Assembly (NCBI GenBank): GCA_025453445.1
Contig: JALOQJ010000002.1
Span: 6,249 to 70,248, forward strand
Length of the DNA: 64,000 bases
From: Candidatus Omnitrophota bacterium
GTDB lineage: Bacteria; Omnitrophota; Gorgyraeia; Gygaellales; Profunditerraquicolaceae
Direction: 5' to 3'
Positions 1-9,710 of the stretch are shown here, piece after piece. The notes below the pieces were generated by a model that saw only the letters and a program-made list of their open reading frames with translations, had not been told where the DNA came from and searched no databases. Position numbers and translations under genes: made by a program. Positions within the stretch are counted from its first letter, which is position 1; each line of letters begins with the position of its first letter.

Positions 1-106
1 TAGCAGTCACTTGATTCTTATAAATATCCAGATTGATATTCTTCAGGGCGTGAGTTTTACCGTAGTAAAAATTAACATTTTGTGCTGATATTTTATTAAT
101 GTACAT
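1..106 (-). CDS. pstB: phosphate ABC transporter ATP-binding protein PstB, 5' end only (runs off window start)
   Basis: Minus-strand translation from ATG (plus cat ~104-106): [35 protein letters not shown], a typical PstB N-terminus. Overlaps the pstA stop by ~11 nt. Confidence 0.6.
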   Translation of the reverse strand, partial: MYINKISAQNVNFYYGKTHALKNINLDIYKNQVTA

Positions 107-950
107 AAATAATCCTTTGTCTTTGCCTGACAATTATTGCCAGTATTGAAATTACCAGGACCAGAAACACGAGAACCAAAGCACTGCCATAAGCAATCTC
201 CGTTTGCCTTATAGGATGCGTCCCTTCAGTCATTAACGCATATATGTGATAGGGGAGAGCCATGACTTCACTAAAGACAGAATCAGGATAACCTTTTTTA
301 TAGAAGGTTGCCGCAGTAAATAAAATCGGGGCGGTTTCTCCGGCGACACGGCCAATACTTAATATTACGCCGGTAAGGATTCCCGGTAATGCCGAAGGCA
401 AAACTATCTTTTTTATAGTCTGCCAGTGCGTGGCGCCGACCGCTAAAGACGCTTCCCTTAAAGATTGCGGGACAGCCAATAACGCCTCCTGAGTAGAAGA
501 GATTATTCCCGGCAATACAAGTATACCCAGCGTCAACGCGCCCGAAAGAATAGAAACCCCGAAACCGAAAAACTTAACAAAGACCGCCAAACCAAAAAGC
601 CCGAATACTACTGATGGTACACCTGCCAGGTTATTTATGCCGATCCTGATCAGATTTACGATAAAACTTTTGGGGCTGTATTCGCAGAGATAAATTGCAC
701 AAGCCAAACCTAAAGGAAGCGCGAAAATTATCGCTCCCATTGTCAAATAAATTGTCCCCACTATTGCCGGAGCAATTCCGCCTTGCGTCATAAACTGTCT
801 CGGCCCTTGAGTCAGAAATTCCCAACTTATTATCCTGATGCCTTTTGAGACAATAAAGAAAAGCAAGGCTAAGAGGAAAAATAAAGTAGTGATCATGCAT
901 ATCCAAAGCAGGAGGAATCCTAAATTTTGAGGCAAATTACTTCTTCTCAT
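96..950 (-). CDS. pstA: phosphate ABC transporter permease PstA
   Basis: Track ORF, 284 aa, multi-TM, with the ABC permease EAA-like region ([13 protein letters not shown]). Sits between pstC and pstB. Confidence 0.85.
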   Translation of the reverse strand: MRRSNLPQNLGFLLLWICMITTLFFLLALLFFIVSKGIRIISWEFLTQGPRQFMTQGGIAPAIVGTIYLTMGAIIFALPLGLACAIYLCEYSPKSFIVNLIRIGINNLAGVPSVVFGLFGLAVFVKFFGFGVSILSGALTLGILVLPGIISSTQEALLAVPQSLREASLAVGATHWQTIKKIVLPSALPGILTGVILSIGRVAGETAPILFTAATFYKKGYPDSVFSEVMALPYHIYALMTEGTHPIRQTEIAYGSALVLVFLVLVISILAIIVRQRQRIIYVH

Positions 951-1852
951 CTTGCCAACCCAAGTTTAATCCGGAATCTCCGACTGATAAGTTCTGCAGC
1001 AATATTAAAAATAAATGTAATAATAAAAAGAATTAAACCGATAGCAAACAACGCATGGTAATGGCTGCTTCCCATTACCGCCTCACCCATTTCTGCGGCA
1101 ATCGTTGCTGTCATCGGCCTTACCGGTTCGAAAAACGATTTTGGTATTACTGCTGCTCCGCCTGCTGCCATGAGCACAGTCATAGTCTCTCCGATTGCCC
1201 GGCTCATTCCTAAAATAACTGCAGTGGAAATACCTGAACCGGCTGCAGGAATAACAACCTGTGTCAATGTCTGCCACCTGTTAGCCCCTACAGCAAAAGA
1301 AGCTTCGCGGAATGAATTCGGCACAAATCCCAAGGCATCTTCAGCAAGGCTGCATACAGTAGGCACAGCCATGATGCCTAAAACCAAACTTGCGGTAAAA
1401 GCGCATAAACCCGTCGGTAAATTCAGTAACTTCTGCAAAAAAGGAGACATAATCGCCATAGCAAAAAATCCGTATATAATAGAAGGAATACCGGCTAAAA
1501 TTTCAATCAATGGCTTTAGAACCGCTCTTTGTTTACTGCCTGCTATTTCATGTATATACAAAGCACTCCCTATACCCAAGGGTACACAGACCAACAGGGC
1601 GCCGAAAGTAACCCAAACTGAAGCCAAAATAAGAGGCAAGATCCCGAATTCCGCAGGATCATAAGTCGGATACCAAGATTTACCAAAAATAAAATCAAAA
1701 AAATCAACCTTCTGAAAAATCGGCAAACCTTCCTTGAAGAGTATGATTGAAATGCCAACTAAAAAGAATAAAGAGGCAAAAGCAAGAATTGCAAAAATCC
1801 AATGGTATAATCTTTCTTTTTTTCGTGACATATTTTTTATTTTATATGACAA
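947..1852 (-). CDS. pstC: phosphate ABC transporter permease PstC
   Basis: Track ORF, 301 aa, multi-TM permease (AIGETMTVLMAAGG). Overlaps the pstA start by 4 nt, consistent with an operon. Confidence 0.85.
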   Translation of the reverse strand: MSYKIKNMSRKKERLYHWIFAILAFASLFFLVGISIILFKEGLPIFQKVDFFDFIFGKSWYPTYDPAEFGILPLILASVWVTFGALLVCVPLGIGSALYIHEIAGSKQRAVLKPLIEILAGIPSIIYGFFAMAIMSPFLQKLLNLPTGLCAFTASLVLGIMAVPTVCSLAEDALGFVPNSFREASFAVGANRWQTLTQVVIPAAGSGISTAVILGMSRAIGETMTVLMAAGGAAVIPKSFFEPVRPMTATIAAEMGEAVMGSSHYHALFAIGLILFIITFIFNIAAELISRRFRIKLGLAR

Positions 1853-1906
1853 GCGCGGCAGGAAAACCTGCCGCGCCTGCCTTTTGCATGAACAAACGCA
1901 CTATTG

Positions 1907-2743
1907 TTACTTTAACGCAACAAAGCCCTGCTCATTGGCAATCTTTTGCCCTTCATCGCTTTTGATAAAATCAATAAAATCCCTGACCACGCCGTCGGGT
2001 ACGCCGTTAGTATACATAAAAAGCGGCCGTCCTACAGGATATTGCCCGCTAAGCACAGTTTCTTTTGAAGGCTTTATCCCGTCTATGTCCAAAGCCTTAA
2101 CTTCCGGAGTTAAATAACCTAAACCTACATAACCAATAGCTCCCGGTGTACGGCTAACTGTAGAAGCAACTGCCTGATTTGACGCCTGCATCAAAGCATC
2201 AGGCCGGACTTTCTGGCCTTCAAGAACCAGAATTCCGAATGCTTCAAAAGTGCCGCTTGAGGTATCGCGGGAGATAGCCACAATTCTCTCAGTCTTTCCG
2301 CCTAAATCAGACCAATAAGAAATTTTTCCCGTAAATATATCACTGGCTTGCTTTCTGCTTAAAGCAGAAATAGGGTTAGACGAATTTACAATTAAACAAA
2401 TTCCATCCATTGCCACCACATGCGCCTTTGGACTAACTCCATTACCTACAGCTTTCTCAATTTCTGCCTCTTTAATTGACCTTGACGAATCCGCGATATC
2501 GCAATTTTTATCAATTAAAGATGCTATGCCAACACCTGAACCGCCCCCGCGCACAGTAACATCCGTTTCTTGATTTTGGCGCATAAAAGTCTCTGCTGCT
2601 GCTTGGGCAATCGGAAGCACAGTAGTAGAACCTTCGATAATAACTCTTCTTTTATCCACACCAAAAGGGCCGCCGGCATAAGCACTAGTTACCGCGCAAG
2701 ACACCAAAAAGCATGCCAATAATAATTTCCCGAATTTGCTCAT
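1907..2743 (-). CDS. pstS: phosphate-binding protein PstS (periplasmic, signal peptide)
   Basis: Track ORF 1907..2791. The likely true start is MSKFGKLLLACFLVSCAVTSAYAG (cat at 2741-2743) with an AGGAGG RBS upstream. PBP fold motifs are present (GSTTVLPIAQA, GAIGYVGLGY). Confidence 0.8.
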   Translation of the reverse strand: MSKFGKLLLACFLVSCAVTSAYAGGPFGVDKRRVIIEGSTTVLPIAQAAAETFMRQNQETDVTVRGGGSGVGIASLIDKNCDIADSSRSIKEAEIEKAVGNGVSPKAHVVAMDGICLIVNSSNPISALSRKQASDIFTGKISYWSDLGGKTERIVAISRDTSSGTFEAFGILVLEGQKVRPDALMQASNQAVASTVSRTPGAIGYVGLGYLTPEVKALDIDGIKPSKETVLSGQYPVGRPLFMYTNGVPDGVVRDFIDFIKSDEGQKIANEQGFVALK

Positions 2744-2772
2744 TCTCTTGCCTCCTTTAAAAATTTCAAATT

Positions 2773-4059
2773 TTACCATTTCAAATTCCAATCAACCTGA
2801 ACAACTTGCTGCGGTAAATAACTTCCTGATGCTGAGCCGCTTGTTTGCTGGGATAAAGACTTCGCCCAATAATAATCAAGACATAGGCTGGTATTTTTTC
2901 CCAAGCCATATTCAAGGATTGCTTCAACGCTCTTCATATTAGTTTTTCCGTTATAACGGTCTGAATCAGGAAAAATATCAAGGAAAGCATCCCTGCCTAA
3001 TTTGGAAAAAAGGATTCTTGACTGCCACTGCCCCCAATCTCCGACTTTCTCATGCCCGAATTTAATGCCGGCATCAAAACCGCTCTTACCGGTATCAGGA
3101 TCCGGATTATATACAAAATCACTGAACATGCCGGCATAGGGTATATATTTCGCCAAAACCGGAATGCTTGAGAAAGGATCCCTGATGCCAACTTCCAAGC
3201 TAGGGTTGACTACATTATAATGGTATTTATACTGATTGTTACGAGTAAGTGAATTAGTGGATTGTTTGGCAAATTTCCCCACTCCGGTAATATTAGAAAA
3301 ATAATAACCGGTAACTGCAGCTCTCAAGTCAACTTTATCACGCCAGTTATATTTGATACCGGGTTGGAAAGCCCACATCAATGAATTCAATCCTTTAGCA
3401 TCATCATAACCTAAAACAAACATTTCAGTATTTAGAAACAGCCCTAAAGATGGGTTTAACCGGTAATCCATCTGCATATTAAGGCCTTCAGGATTTAAAT
3501 CAGTATCCCAAAGCAAATCCGTAGGCTGCCAAATAGGATTTTTGAATTTACCGCCGGTTAAGGTCAACCAAGTAGTAGGAGAATACGAACCGTAAGCATA
3601 ATCCAATATTACGGTTTTGGAAGCGCCGGGAGTCGTAGGATCATTACCAAGGGTTACATTTGTTGAACGCGGGTCACTTGTGCTGCCGGTAGCAAGCCCC
3701 AAGCCAACTTTCATCTGGTCATTAACTTTAGCTTCCGCACCCAGCCTTACCCTGATCCTTGCCTGGTTAGTATCATCTTTAGCTCTTTGCCTTGTATACT
3801 GATAACGCATCCTGAAATCACCTTTAAACTTAAGCCTCTGCACCCACTCCGGCAATAATTCATATTTTGCCGATACGATTTCTTTCCTGATTTCTTCTTT
3901 GGTTTCGGTTTTTACCTGCTGCGCTTCTCCCGGTGTTAAAACACCTTTTTCTACAAGTTTCTGTAAAAGCAGGTCTATCTCGCCTGCATAAGCCTTATTA
4001 AAATTAAAACACATGAGACTAAACATAGAGATTAAAAATACCCCTAAAAACCTCCTCAT
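2773..4059 (-). CDS. outer-membrane porin, possibly phosphate-selective (OprO/OprP-like)
   Basis: Signal peptide MRRFLGVFLISMFSLMCFNFNKAYAG with an AGGAGG RBS. Coiled N-terminal segment followed by a long beta-rich, Y/F-rich barrel-like region. The ORF ends ...DWNLKW without the classical terminal aromatic residue. Placed directly upstream of pstS. The family assignment is inference. Confidence 0.5.
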   Translation of the reverse strand: MRRFLGVFLISMFSLMCFNFNKAYAGEIDLLLQKLVEKGVLTPGEAQQVKTETKEEIRKEIVSAKYELLPEWVQRLKFKGDFRMRYQYTRQRAKDDTNQARIRVRLGAEAKVNDQMKVGLGLATGSTSDPRSTNVTLGNDPTTPGASKTVILDYAYGSYSPTTWLTLTGGKFKNPIWQPTDLLWDTDLNPEGLNMQMDYRLNPSLGLFLNTEMFVLGYDDAKGLNSLMWAFQPGIKYNWRDKVDLRAAVTGYYFSNITGVGKFAKQSTNSLTRNNQYKYHYNVVNPSLEVGIRDPFSSIPVLAKYIPYAGMFSDFVYNPDPDTGKSGFDAGIKFGHEKVGDWGQWQSRILFSKLGRDAFLDIFPDSDRYNGKTNMKSVEAILEYGLGKNTSLCLDYYWAKSLSQQTSGSASGSYLPQQVVQVDWNLKW

Positions 4060-4126
4060 TTCTCTTCCCTCCTTTTTGTTTAATTGTTTGCAAAAAATTC
4101 CCAAATATCCTTCCCTCCTTTCAGTT

Positions 4127-4546
4127 TTACTTCATTGAACACTTCTCAACTAAAAATTCCTTATCCGACAATACAGCCATTTCCCTGATAATACCAATCA
4201 GTACTCCTATATTAAATGGTTTGCTAAGGTAATAATCCGCCCCTAAAATATGGGCATAGAGCTTATCCTGCATATCACACTTCGCACTTATAACAACTAC
4301 AAAAGTATTGAATGCCTTGGGATTATCTTTCAATGCTTTACAGATGTTAAAACCATCAAGACCGGGCAGCATGATATCCAAAACCACAATATCAAAATGC
4401 TCAAGATGCAATGTTTCCTTAGCTGCAATCCCATCGTAAGCAGAAGTCACTGCAAACCCCTCTTTAACAAGATTATAAGAAATGAGTTCATTTATATCCC
4501 TGTCATCTTCAACTACTAAAATCTTCTTCTTATTTTCCATATCCAT
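4127..4546 (-). CDS. single-domain response regulator (CheY-like receiver)
   Basis: ILVVEDDRDINELI...DIVVLDIMLPGLDGF...K receiver signature with no output domain. Confidence 0.75.
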   Translation of the reverse strand: MDMENKKKILVVEDDRDINELISYNLVKEGFAVTSAYDGIAAKETLHLEHFDIVVLDIMLPGLDGFNICKALKDNPKAFNTFVVVISAKCDMQDKLYAHILGADYYLSKPFNIGVLIGIIREMAVLSDKEFLVEKCSMK

Positions 4547-4770
4547 TTTCCTTTTAGATTATTACTTATTCTATTCAGGCGTATTGCCCGTAGAATCTAT
4601 CCATGCTCTCAATCTCTGATTCGATTAACGCATCGAAATACCGGACGATTCTTGTAATGATTTTTTTAGCTCTCTTGAACATGCCTCACCTTTATCCTTT
4701 CCTCAGGACAAAGTATAGAATATGGGCATTAAATTGATTTGAAGGAGGTGTAAAATGTAGGTAAACAAAA

Positions 4771-4850
4771 GTAGGGACGGTTCTCAAGCCAAAGCAGAAG
4801 TGTCCCCTTTAAAGGGGACACTTCTAGAACAAATTGAGAACCGTCCCTAC
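4771..4850. repeat. REP doublet: two inverted REP units (GTAGGGACGGTTCTCAA-N8-AGAAGTGTCCC) joined at TTTAAA, forming an ~80-bp near-perfect palindrome
   Basis: Seen directly in sequence. The element abuts the phoR stop codon. The same REP unit flanks the RAYT transposase at 11569 and 12158. Confidence 0.65.
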
Positions 4851-6632
4851 TTATATAGGAAGGTTAAACCAGAATTTTGATCCGAGGCCTTCAACGCTCT
4901 CGACGCCAACAGAGCCTTTGTGCAATTCAATAATATGTTTTACAATTGAAAGCCCAAGGCCAGTGCCGCCGAGTTCGCGCGAGCGCGCTTTATCAACACG
5001 ATAGAAACGTTCAAAGATCCGAGGAAGATCTTTTGTAGGGATACCAATTCCTGAGTCTTCTACAATAACCTTAGTTTTGCCTGTTAGATCCTGAGAATAG
5101 ATTTTAACAAAACCGTTATCTCTATTGAATTTAATGGCATTAGCCAGCAAATTTGTAATCACTTGTTCGATCTTATCCTTATCTGCCAGAATCATTAAGC
5201 CTGATTGCAAATTATTTTCAATCTTAATATTCTTCTTATTTAATTGTGATGTAAATCCTAAAATCACCTTATTGAATAAATCGCGCAGCTTGATTTCTTG
5301 GGAATCCAATTCTATCTCCCGCGATTCAATACGAGAAAGTTCAAGCAAATCATTAATCAGGTTATCCAAACGGTTTGTGTGCTCATGGACAATTTCTAAG
5401 AAATGAAGGCTATTTTCCTTATCATTAAGCGCCCCCTCTAAAAGAGTTTCAACAAACCCTTTTATCGAAGTAAGCGGAGTCTTCAGCTCATGCGAAACAT
5501 TTGCCACGAAATCCCGGCGCATAGTTTCCAATTTCCTTATCTCGGTAATATCATGTAAAACCAGCAGGCTGCCATTGATCATGCCTTGCTTTTCATAAAT
5601 AGGCGCGACATTGACCTGAAAAACCCCCTGCACAGGCCAAGATAGGATAAGCTCCCTGGAAACAGATTCTCCCTTTTTTAGCGCCCTGCTTATCTCTTCT
5701 GCAATATCGCTATTGCGTATAACTTCTAAAAATAATTTTCCTTGTGCTTCTTTCTTTTTAATAGCAAATATCTTTTCTATGGCAGAATTAATAGAAACAA
5801 TCCGGCTTTCTTTATCTAAAACAACTACGCCTTCTATCATGCTGTTGAAAACCGCTGTCAGCTGCTGGCTTTGAATTGTAATTTCCCTTACTTTCTCTTC
5901 TATATCTTCTGCCATCTTATTTAAAGTCCGGGCAAGTTCACCAATTTCATCTTGAGAATCATGCAGTATCTTTCGGCTGAAGTCGCCTAAGGAAAACCTG
6001 CGCGAAGCATGGATGATTTTATTCACCGGCTTAATTATAGTGCCGGCTAACATAGAACCGAAAACAAAAGCAAGGCCTAAAGCAAACAAGAAACCCAAAG
6101 TAACTGCTTTTCTAATAACTAATAAATTCCTCCTGACATTCTCAAGCGGAAGCGCTACTCTTATTGCTCCGATCACCGCCTTTTTATAGCGAAGCGGTAT
6201 AGCCACATAAAGCATGTCTATCCTGAGGGTAGAAGAATACCTGATGGATTCTCCCGTACTCCCGACTAAAGCTTGTTTAAATTCCGGGCGCGAGGCATGA
6301 TTTTCCATACCTTGCAGATCAGTTTGAGATTTTTCAGAATCCGCCAAAACCTTGCCTGAAAGCCCTATTATCGTTAAGCGAGCATTATTCTTTTGGCTAA
6401 AATTTTTTACCAGCTCAGACAAATAAAGTAAAGACTCGTTTTGGATAGCCTCTGTAGAAATCTGAGTTTCAATAAGATTAGCCTGATTAATAAGGGAAGA
6501 TTTTAAATCCTGAAGGGAATTTTCTTCCAGTTTTTTATCCAGAAAAAAAGCAACCAAACCAAAAGAAAATAAAACTACCAAAAAATACGAAAAAATCAGC
6601 TTAAATTTAAAACTTTGCTTCTTAAATATCAT
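4851..6632 (-). CDS. phoR: sensor histidine kinase, PhoR-like (2 TM, HAMP, PAS, HisKA, HATPase_c)
   Basis: H-box SHELKTPLTSIKGF, N/G boxes (NLLANAIKF, GGTGLGLSIV) and an N-terminal TM pair. Lies inside the Pho cluster next to a PhoB-like regulator. Confidence 0.75.
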   Translation of the reverse strand: MIFKKQSFKFKLIFSYFLVVLFSFGLVAFFLDKKLEENSLQDLKSSLINQANLIETQISTEAIQNESLLYLSELVKNFSQKNNARLTIIGLSGKVLADSEKSQTDLQGMENHASRPEFKQALVGSTGESIRYSSTLRIDMLYVAIPLRYKKAVIGAIRVALPLENVRRNLLVIRKAVTLGFLFALGLAFVFGSMLAGTIIKPVNKIIHASRRFSLGDFSRKILHDSQDEIGELARTLNKMAEDIEEKVREITIQSQQLTAVFNSMIEGVVVLDKESRIVSINSAIEKIFAIKKKEAQGKLFLEVIRNSDIAEEISRALKKGESVSRELILSWPVQGVFQVNVAPIYEKQGMINGSLLVLHDITEIRKLETMRRDFVANVSHELKTPLTSIKGFVETLLEGALNDKENSLHFLEIVHEHTNRLDNLINDLLELSRIESREIELDSQEIKLRDLFNKVILGFTSQLNKKNIKIENNLQSGLMILADKDKIEQVITNLLANAIKFNRDNGFVKIYSQDLTGKTKVIVEDSGIGIPTKDLPRIFERFYRVDKARSRELGGTGLGLSIVKHIIELHKGSVGVESVEGLGSKFWFNLPI

Positions 6633-7300
6633 TATTTTGATTTAATAGCTAATACCTTAATCAAATCTGCAGCATCCTCTATCTTATCAGTTACTCCTTC
6701 CAGATATTCAGCAAGCTGATAAGTCAAAAGTAAAATAGTCGGCTCCAGCTTCTCATGTATTATTGCCCCAATTAAAACTTTTTTCTGATCATCTGCTTCA
6801 TGCTCCAGCTTATCAATCTCTTCGCAGTCAGAAAGGGCTGTCTTTAAATCGCTCTTTGCCAATGCCTGAATTGCCTCTCTTAATTTGGAAACTGAAGCAG
6901 AAATCAGCTCTGTTGCGCTGGAAATGTTTTTCACAATGTTCTCCGGAGGCTTCGCTTCAATAAAACCCAGAAGCCGGGCTGCGCCGTTTGTCCAGTCTGC
7001 AATTTTATCCAAAGTCTTTACAAAATGCATTAAATCTTCTCTATCCGGAGGCATTAATAACCCTTCGGAAAGTTCCTTTACCATCTTTGAACGCAATAAA
7101 TCTGCCTGATGCTCACCCTCCCTGACTTTCTCGATGGCAATGCTTTTGCCATTAGTATCGCCCTGAGCAAATGCACGCACAGCTTCGGAAAACGAGATTA
7201 CTGTTTTATAAGTTTCCTCGACGTGCTTAAGCGCATCCTTTATGATTGAATGTTCTTCTTCCATCGCAAGCCAGCCTAAGATATTCCTGATTTCTTTCAT
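6632..7300 (-). CDS. PhoU-like / DUF47 (Pit accessory, COG1392-type) protein
   Basis: 222 aa, all-helical two-repeat architecture. Located immediately downstream of a PiT transporter gene, the classic Pit-DUF47 pairing. Confidence 0.6.
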   Translation of the reverse strand: MKEIRNILGWLAMEEEHSIIKDALKHVEETYKTVISFSEAVRAFAQGDTNGKSIAIEKVREGEHQADLLRSKMVKELSEGLLMPPDREDLMHFVKTLDKIADWTNGAARLLGFIEAKPPENIVKNISSATELISASVSKLREAIQALAKSDLKTALSDCEEIDKLEHEADDQKKVLIGAIIHEKLEPTILLLTYQLAEYLEGVTDKIEDAADLIKVLAIKSK

Positions 7301-7313
7301 TGCAATACCCTCC

Positions 7314-8291
7314 TTATACTTTTAGGAAAAACCTTATTCCTTTAAAAATTATAAAACTGATTACTCCTGAAATAAATGGCGTTGCTAACCAGCATAAGAC
7401 GATATCCTTCATAATCCGCAAATTCAGAACCCGCGTGCCTCTGACTAACCCAACCCCGCAGATTGCACCTACGATAGAATGGCTGGTTGAAACAGGAATG
7501 CCAAATATCGTATAGACATGGACGTTAATCGCACTTGCCAACTGAGCAGCAAGCGCCATAATCGGTAAGAGCTGGGTAATCTCTGTGCCGATAGTTTCAA
7601 TAACTTTATAACCCCAAGTCATAATGCCTAGAATAATTGCCAAGCCGCCGAAAACCACACTTACCTTAGGCGTTAGAACTCCTGCTCCGGCAATTACGCC
7701 AGTGGCATTAGCAACATCATTTGCGCCCCAAGTATAGGCAACGTAACAACCGCTGATAATAATCAAAGGAGTAATCACAAATTTCAGGTATTTACGCGGA
7801 ATAATCCTATAGAATAAATTTTTTAAAAGCCGATAAATTATATAACCTAATATTGCCGCACCCACAGGAGTAAAAATCCAACAGATAAATATATCCGACA
7901 GTGCTTTCCATCTCACCGGTGCACCAATACTTAAACCTGCACCGGCAACTGCGCCGACAATCGAATGGCTGGTTGAAATCGGCATTTTCCAGTAAGTTGC
8001 TAAAACTACCCAAGCGCAGGCTGAGAACATTGCAACTACTGCCAAATACAGGCCTAAGTCCTTGCTTAGCTGATCTATAGGTACGATCCCTTTACCGATG
8101 GTTTTGGTCACATATGCACCCTGCAAAAATGCGCCCAAAAAACCGAAGACCACAATTAAAATAATTGCCTGACGCAGAGTTAATGCTTTTGATCCAACAG
8201 CTGTGCCTAAGGAATTAGCTGCATCATTCGCACCAATTGACCAACCGATAGCAGCAGCCATTAATAATACTAAGAGAATTAAAAATACCAT
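7314..8291 (-). CDS. pit: inorganic phosphate transporter, PiT family
   Basis: Duplicated PiT signature GANDAANSLGTAVG ... GANDVANATGVIAG. About 10 TM segments. Confidence 0.85.
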   Translation of the reverse strand: MVFLILLVLLMAAAIGWSIGANDAANSLGTAVGSKALTLRQAIILIVVFGFLGAFLQGAYVTKTIGKGIVPIDQLSKDLGLYLAVVAMFSACAWVVLATYWKMPISTSHSIVGAVAGAGLSIGAPVRWKALSDIFICWIFTPVGAAILGYIIYRLLKNLFYRIIPRKYLKFVITPLIIISGCYVAYTWGANDVANATGVIAGAGVLTPKVSVVFGGLAIILGIMTWGYKVIETIGTEITQLLPIMALAAQLASAINVHVYTIFGIPVSTSHSIVGAICGVGLVRGTRVLNLRIMKDIVLCWLATPFISGVISFIIFKGIRFFLKV

Positions 8292-8980
8292 TATTCTAAC
8301 TCAAATCTGTAACCGTAATTCTTTACCGTAACGATATACTCTGCTGCCCTCTTTAATTTCTTGCGTAATGTCCTGATATGCACATCAACAGTCCGTGTTT
8401 GAATTTCAATGGCATGGTCAAAACCCCAGATAGTATCCAGAAGATAATCGCGTGAAAGCACTCTTCCCTTGGCTTTAATTAATGTTTTCAATAATTCAAA
8501 TTCTTTGCTGGTTAATTCTACTGGTTTTCCGCCTACGCTTACTTGAATTTTAGAAAAATCAATCGAGAGCATCCCTATTTTAAGAATTTCCGGCAAATCG
8601 CCTTTTTCTTTCACACGGCGCAAAACAGCTTTTATGCGGGCAATTAGTTCGCGTGGGCTAAAAGGCTTGGTAATATAATCATCTGCTCCTAATTCAAGCC
8701 CGACGATTTTATCTGCCTCCTGTGCCTTGGCAGTCAGCATGATAATCGGAATATTAGCAGTTTTATTTTCTTTTTTTATAGTTTTACAGACCTCTAATCC
8801 GTCAAGCCCGGGAAGCATCAAATCTAAAACAATCAAATCAGGACGTTCTTTCAGCGCTGAATCAATAGCATCTTCGCCGTCATATGCTGAAATTACCCTG
8901 AAACCTTCTTTCTTCAAGTTATAATCAAGCATTTTGATAATATCGCGCTCATCATCAACAATTAAAATTTTTTCTTTCAC
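8291..8980 (-). CDS. phoB: OmpR/PhoB-family response regulator (receiver + winged helix)
   Basis: ILIVDDERDI...LDLMLPGLDG receiver, and a C-terminal trans_reg_C domain ending YGYRFE. Confidence 0.8.
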   Translation of the reverse strand: MKEKILIVDDERDIIKMLDYNLKKEGFRVISAYDGEDAIDSALKERPDLIVLDLMLPGLDGLEVCKTIKKENKTANIPIIMLTAKAQEADKIVGLELGADDYITKPFSPRELIARIKAVLRRVKEKGDLPEILKIGMLSIDFSKIQVSVGGKPVELTSKEFELLKTLIKAKGRVLSRDYLLDTIWGFDHAIEIQTRTVDVHIRTLRKKLKRAAEYIVTVKNYGYRFELE

Positions 8981-9038
8981 CCCGCCCTTCTTTCTCTCTA
9001 ATTATCCCCACCCTAATGCTTAAGAAGGGCGTGGTTCA

Positions 9039-9710
9039 TTATTTTTTACCTTTACAAACATTCACGCAAACACCGCAAATATATTGATCCACAAAGCGCA
9101 GCTTCTGAAACTCTTTTAATTTTTCAAAACATTTAATATGATCAAAATCTTCCGGCCTATCTTTAATTGCTCCTGCCGGACATATTTTAACACAAATCGA
9201 ACAATTACCGCAATCTTCTTTTAGCGGCTTATCGATTTGAAGCGGCATATCAGTAAGAATAGTGCTCAGACGGAATTGGCTGCCGATTTTTTTATTAATT
9301 AATAAATTATTCCTGCCAATCCAGCCTAAACCAGCTAAGACGCCGATTTTTTTATGCGATAGATGCGCAGTTTGTTTCTGCCAGTCAACGATTTGCGAAG
9401 CAGGAATGGAAACAGTAAGAAAACCTTTTTGCTGAATATAATTGCTCACCCTGAAAGTTAACTGATCCAACAGGGCATTGGCTGTTTTGTAGTGATGGAA
9501 ATACAGCCGGGTGGGAGAATTCTCTATATCGCTTAAAATGCCGGGCGAAAGCCGCAGGCCTAAACTTACGGCTTTATCGATCTTATTTAAAATTTTTTCT
9601 GAAAGGTTAAAATCATTTTTAAGTGCCTTAATATCACCGACGCCGAATAATTCTATGCCTAAGCTTTGCGCAAGTTTTTTTAAGGCGAGATAATTCTTTT
9701 TTTTATCCAT
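9039..9710 (-). CDS. queG: epoxyqueuosine reductase QueG-like (4Fe-4S)
   Basis: GLGWIGRNNLLINKKIGSQFRLSTILTD plus a C-terminal CGNCSICVKICPAGAI ferredoxin motif. Adjacent to tRNA-modification gene mnmG. Confidence 0.5.
   Translation of the reverse strand: MDKKKNYLALKKLAQSLGIELFGVGDIKALKNDFNLSEKILNKIDKAVSLGLRLSPGILSDIENSPTRLYFHHYKTANALLDQLTFRVSNYIQQKGFLTVSIPASQIVDWQKQTAHLSHKKIGVLAGLGWIGRNNLLINKKIGSQFRLSTILTDMPLQIDKPLKEDCGNCSICVKICPAGAIKDRPEDFDHIKCFEKLKEFQKLRFVDQYICGVCVNVCKGKK

Noticed and set aside
1083-2117. Small ORFs overlapping pstC and pstS on either strand (1170..1664+, 1734..2117+, 1570..1758-)
   Set aside because: They lie within or antisense to strongly supported permease and binding-protein genes. 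Their compositions are junk-like.
2744-2791. N-terminal extension of pstS (MEFEMVKFEIFKGGKR) from the track ORF
   Set aside because: The internal ATG at 2743 is preceded by a perfect AGGAGG RBS and followed by a canonical signal peptide. The extension is probably untranslated.
4547-4770. 220-bp intergenic stretch upstream of the CheY-like gene, examined for tRNA or sRNA
   Set aside because: No cloverleaf-compatible segments or conserved tRNA boxes were seen. Nothing could be supported.
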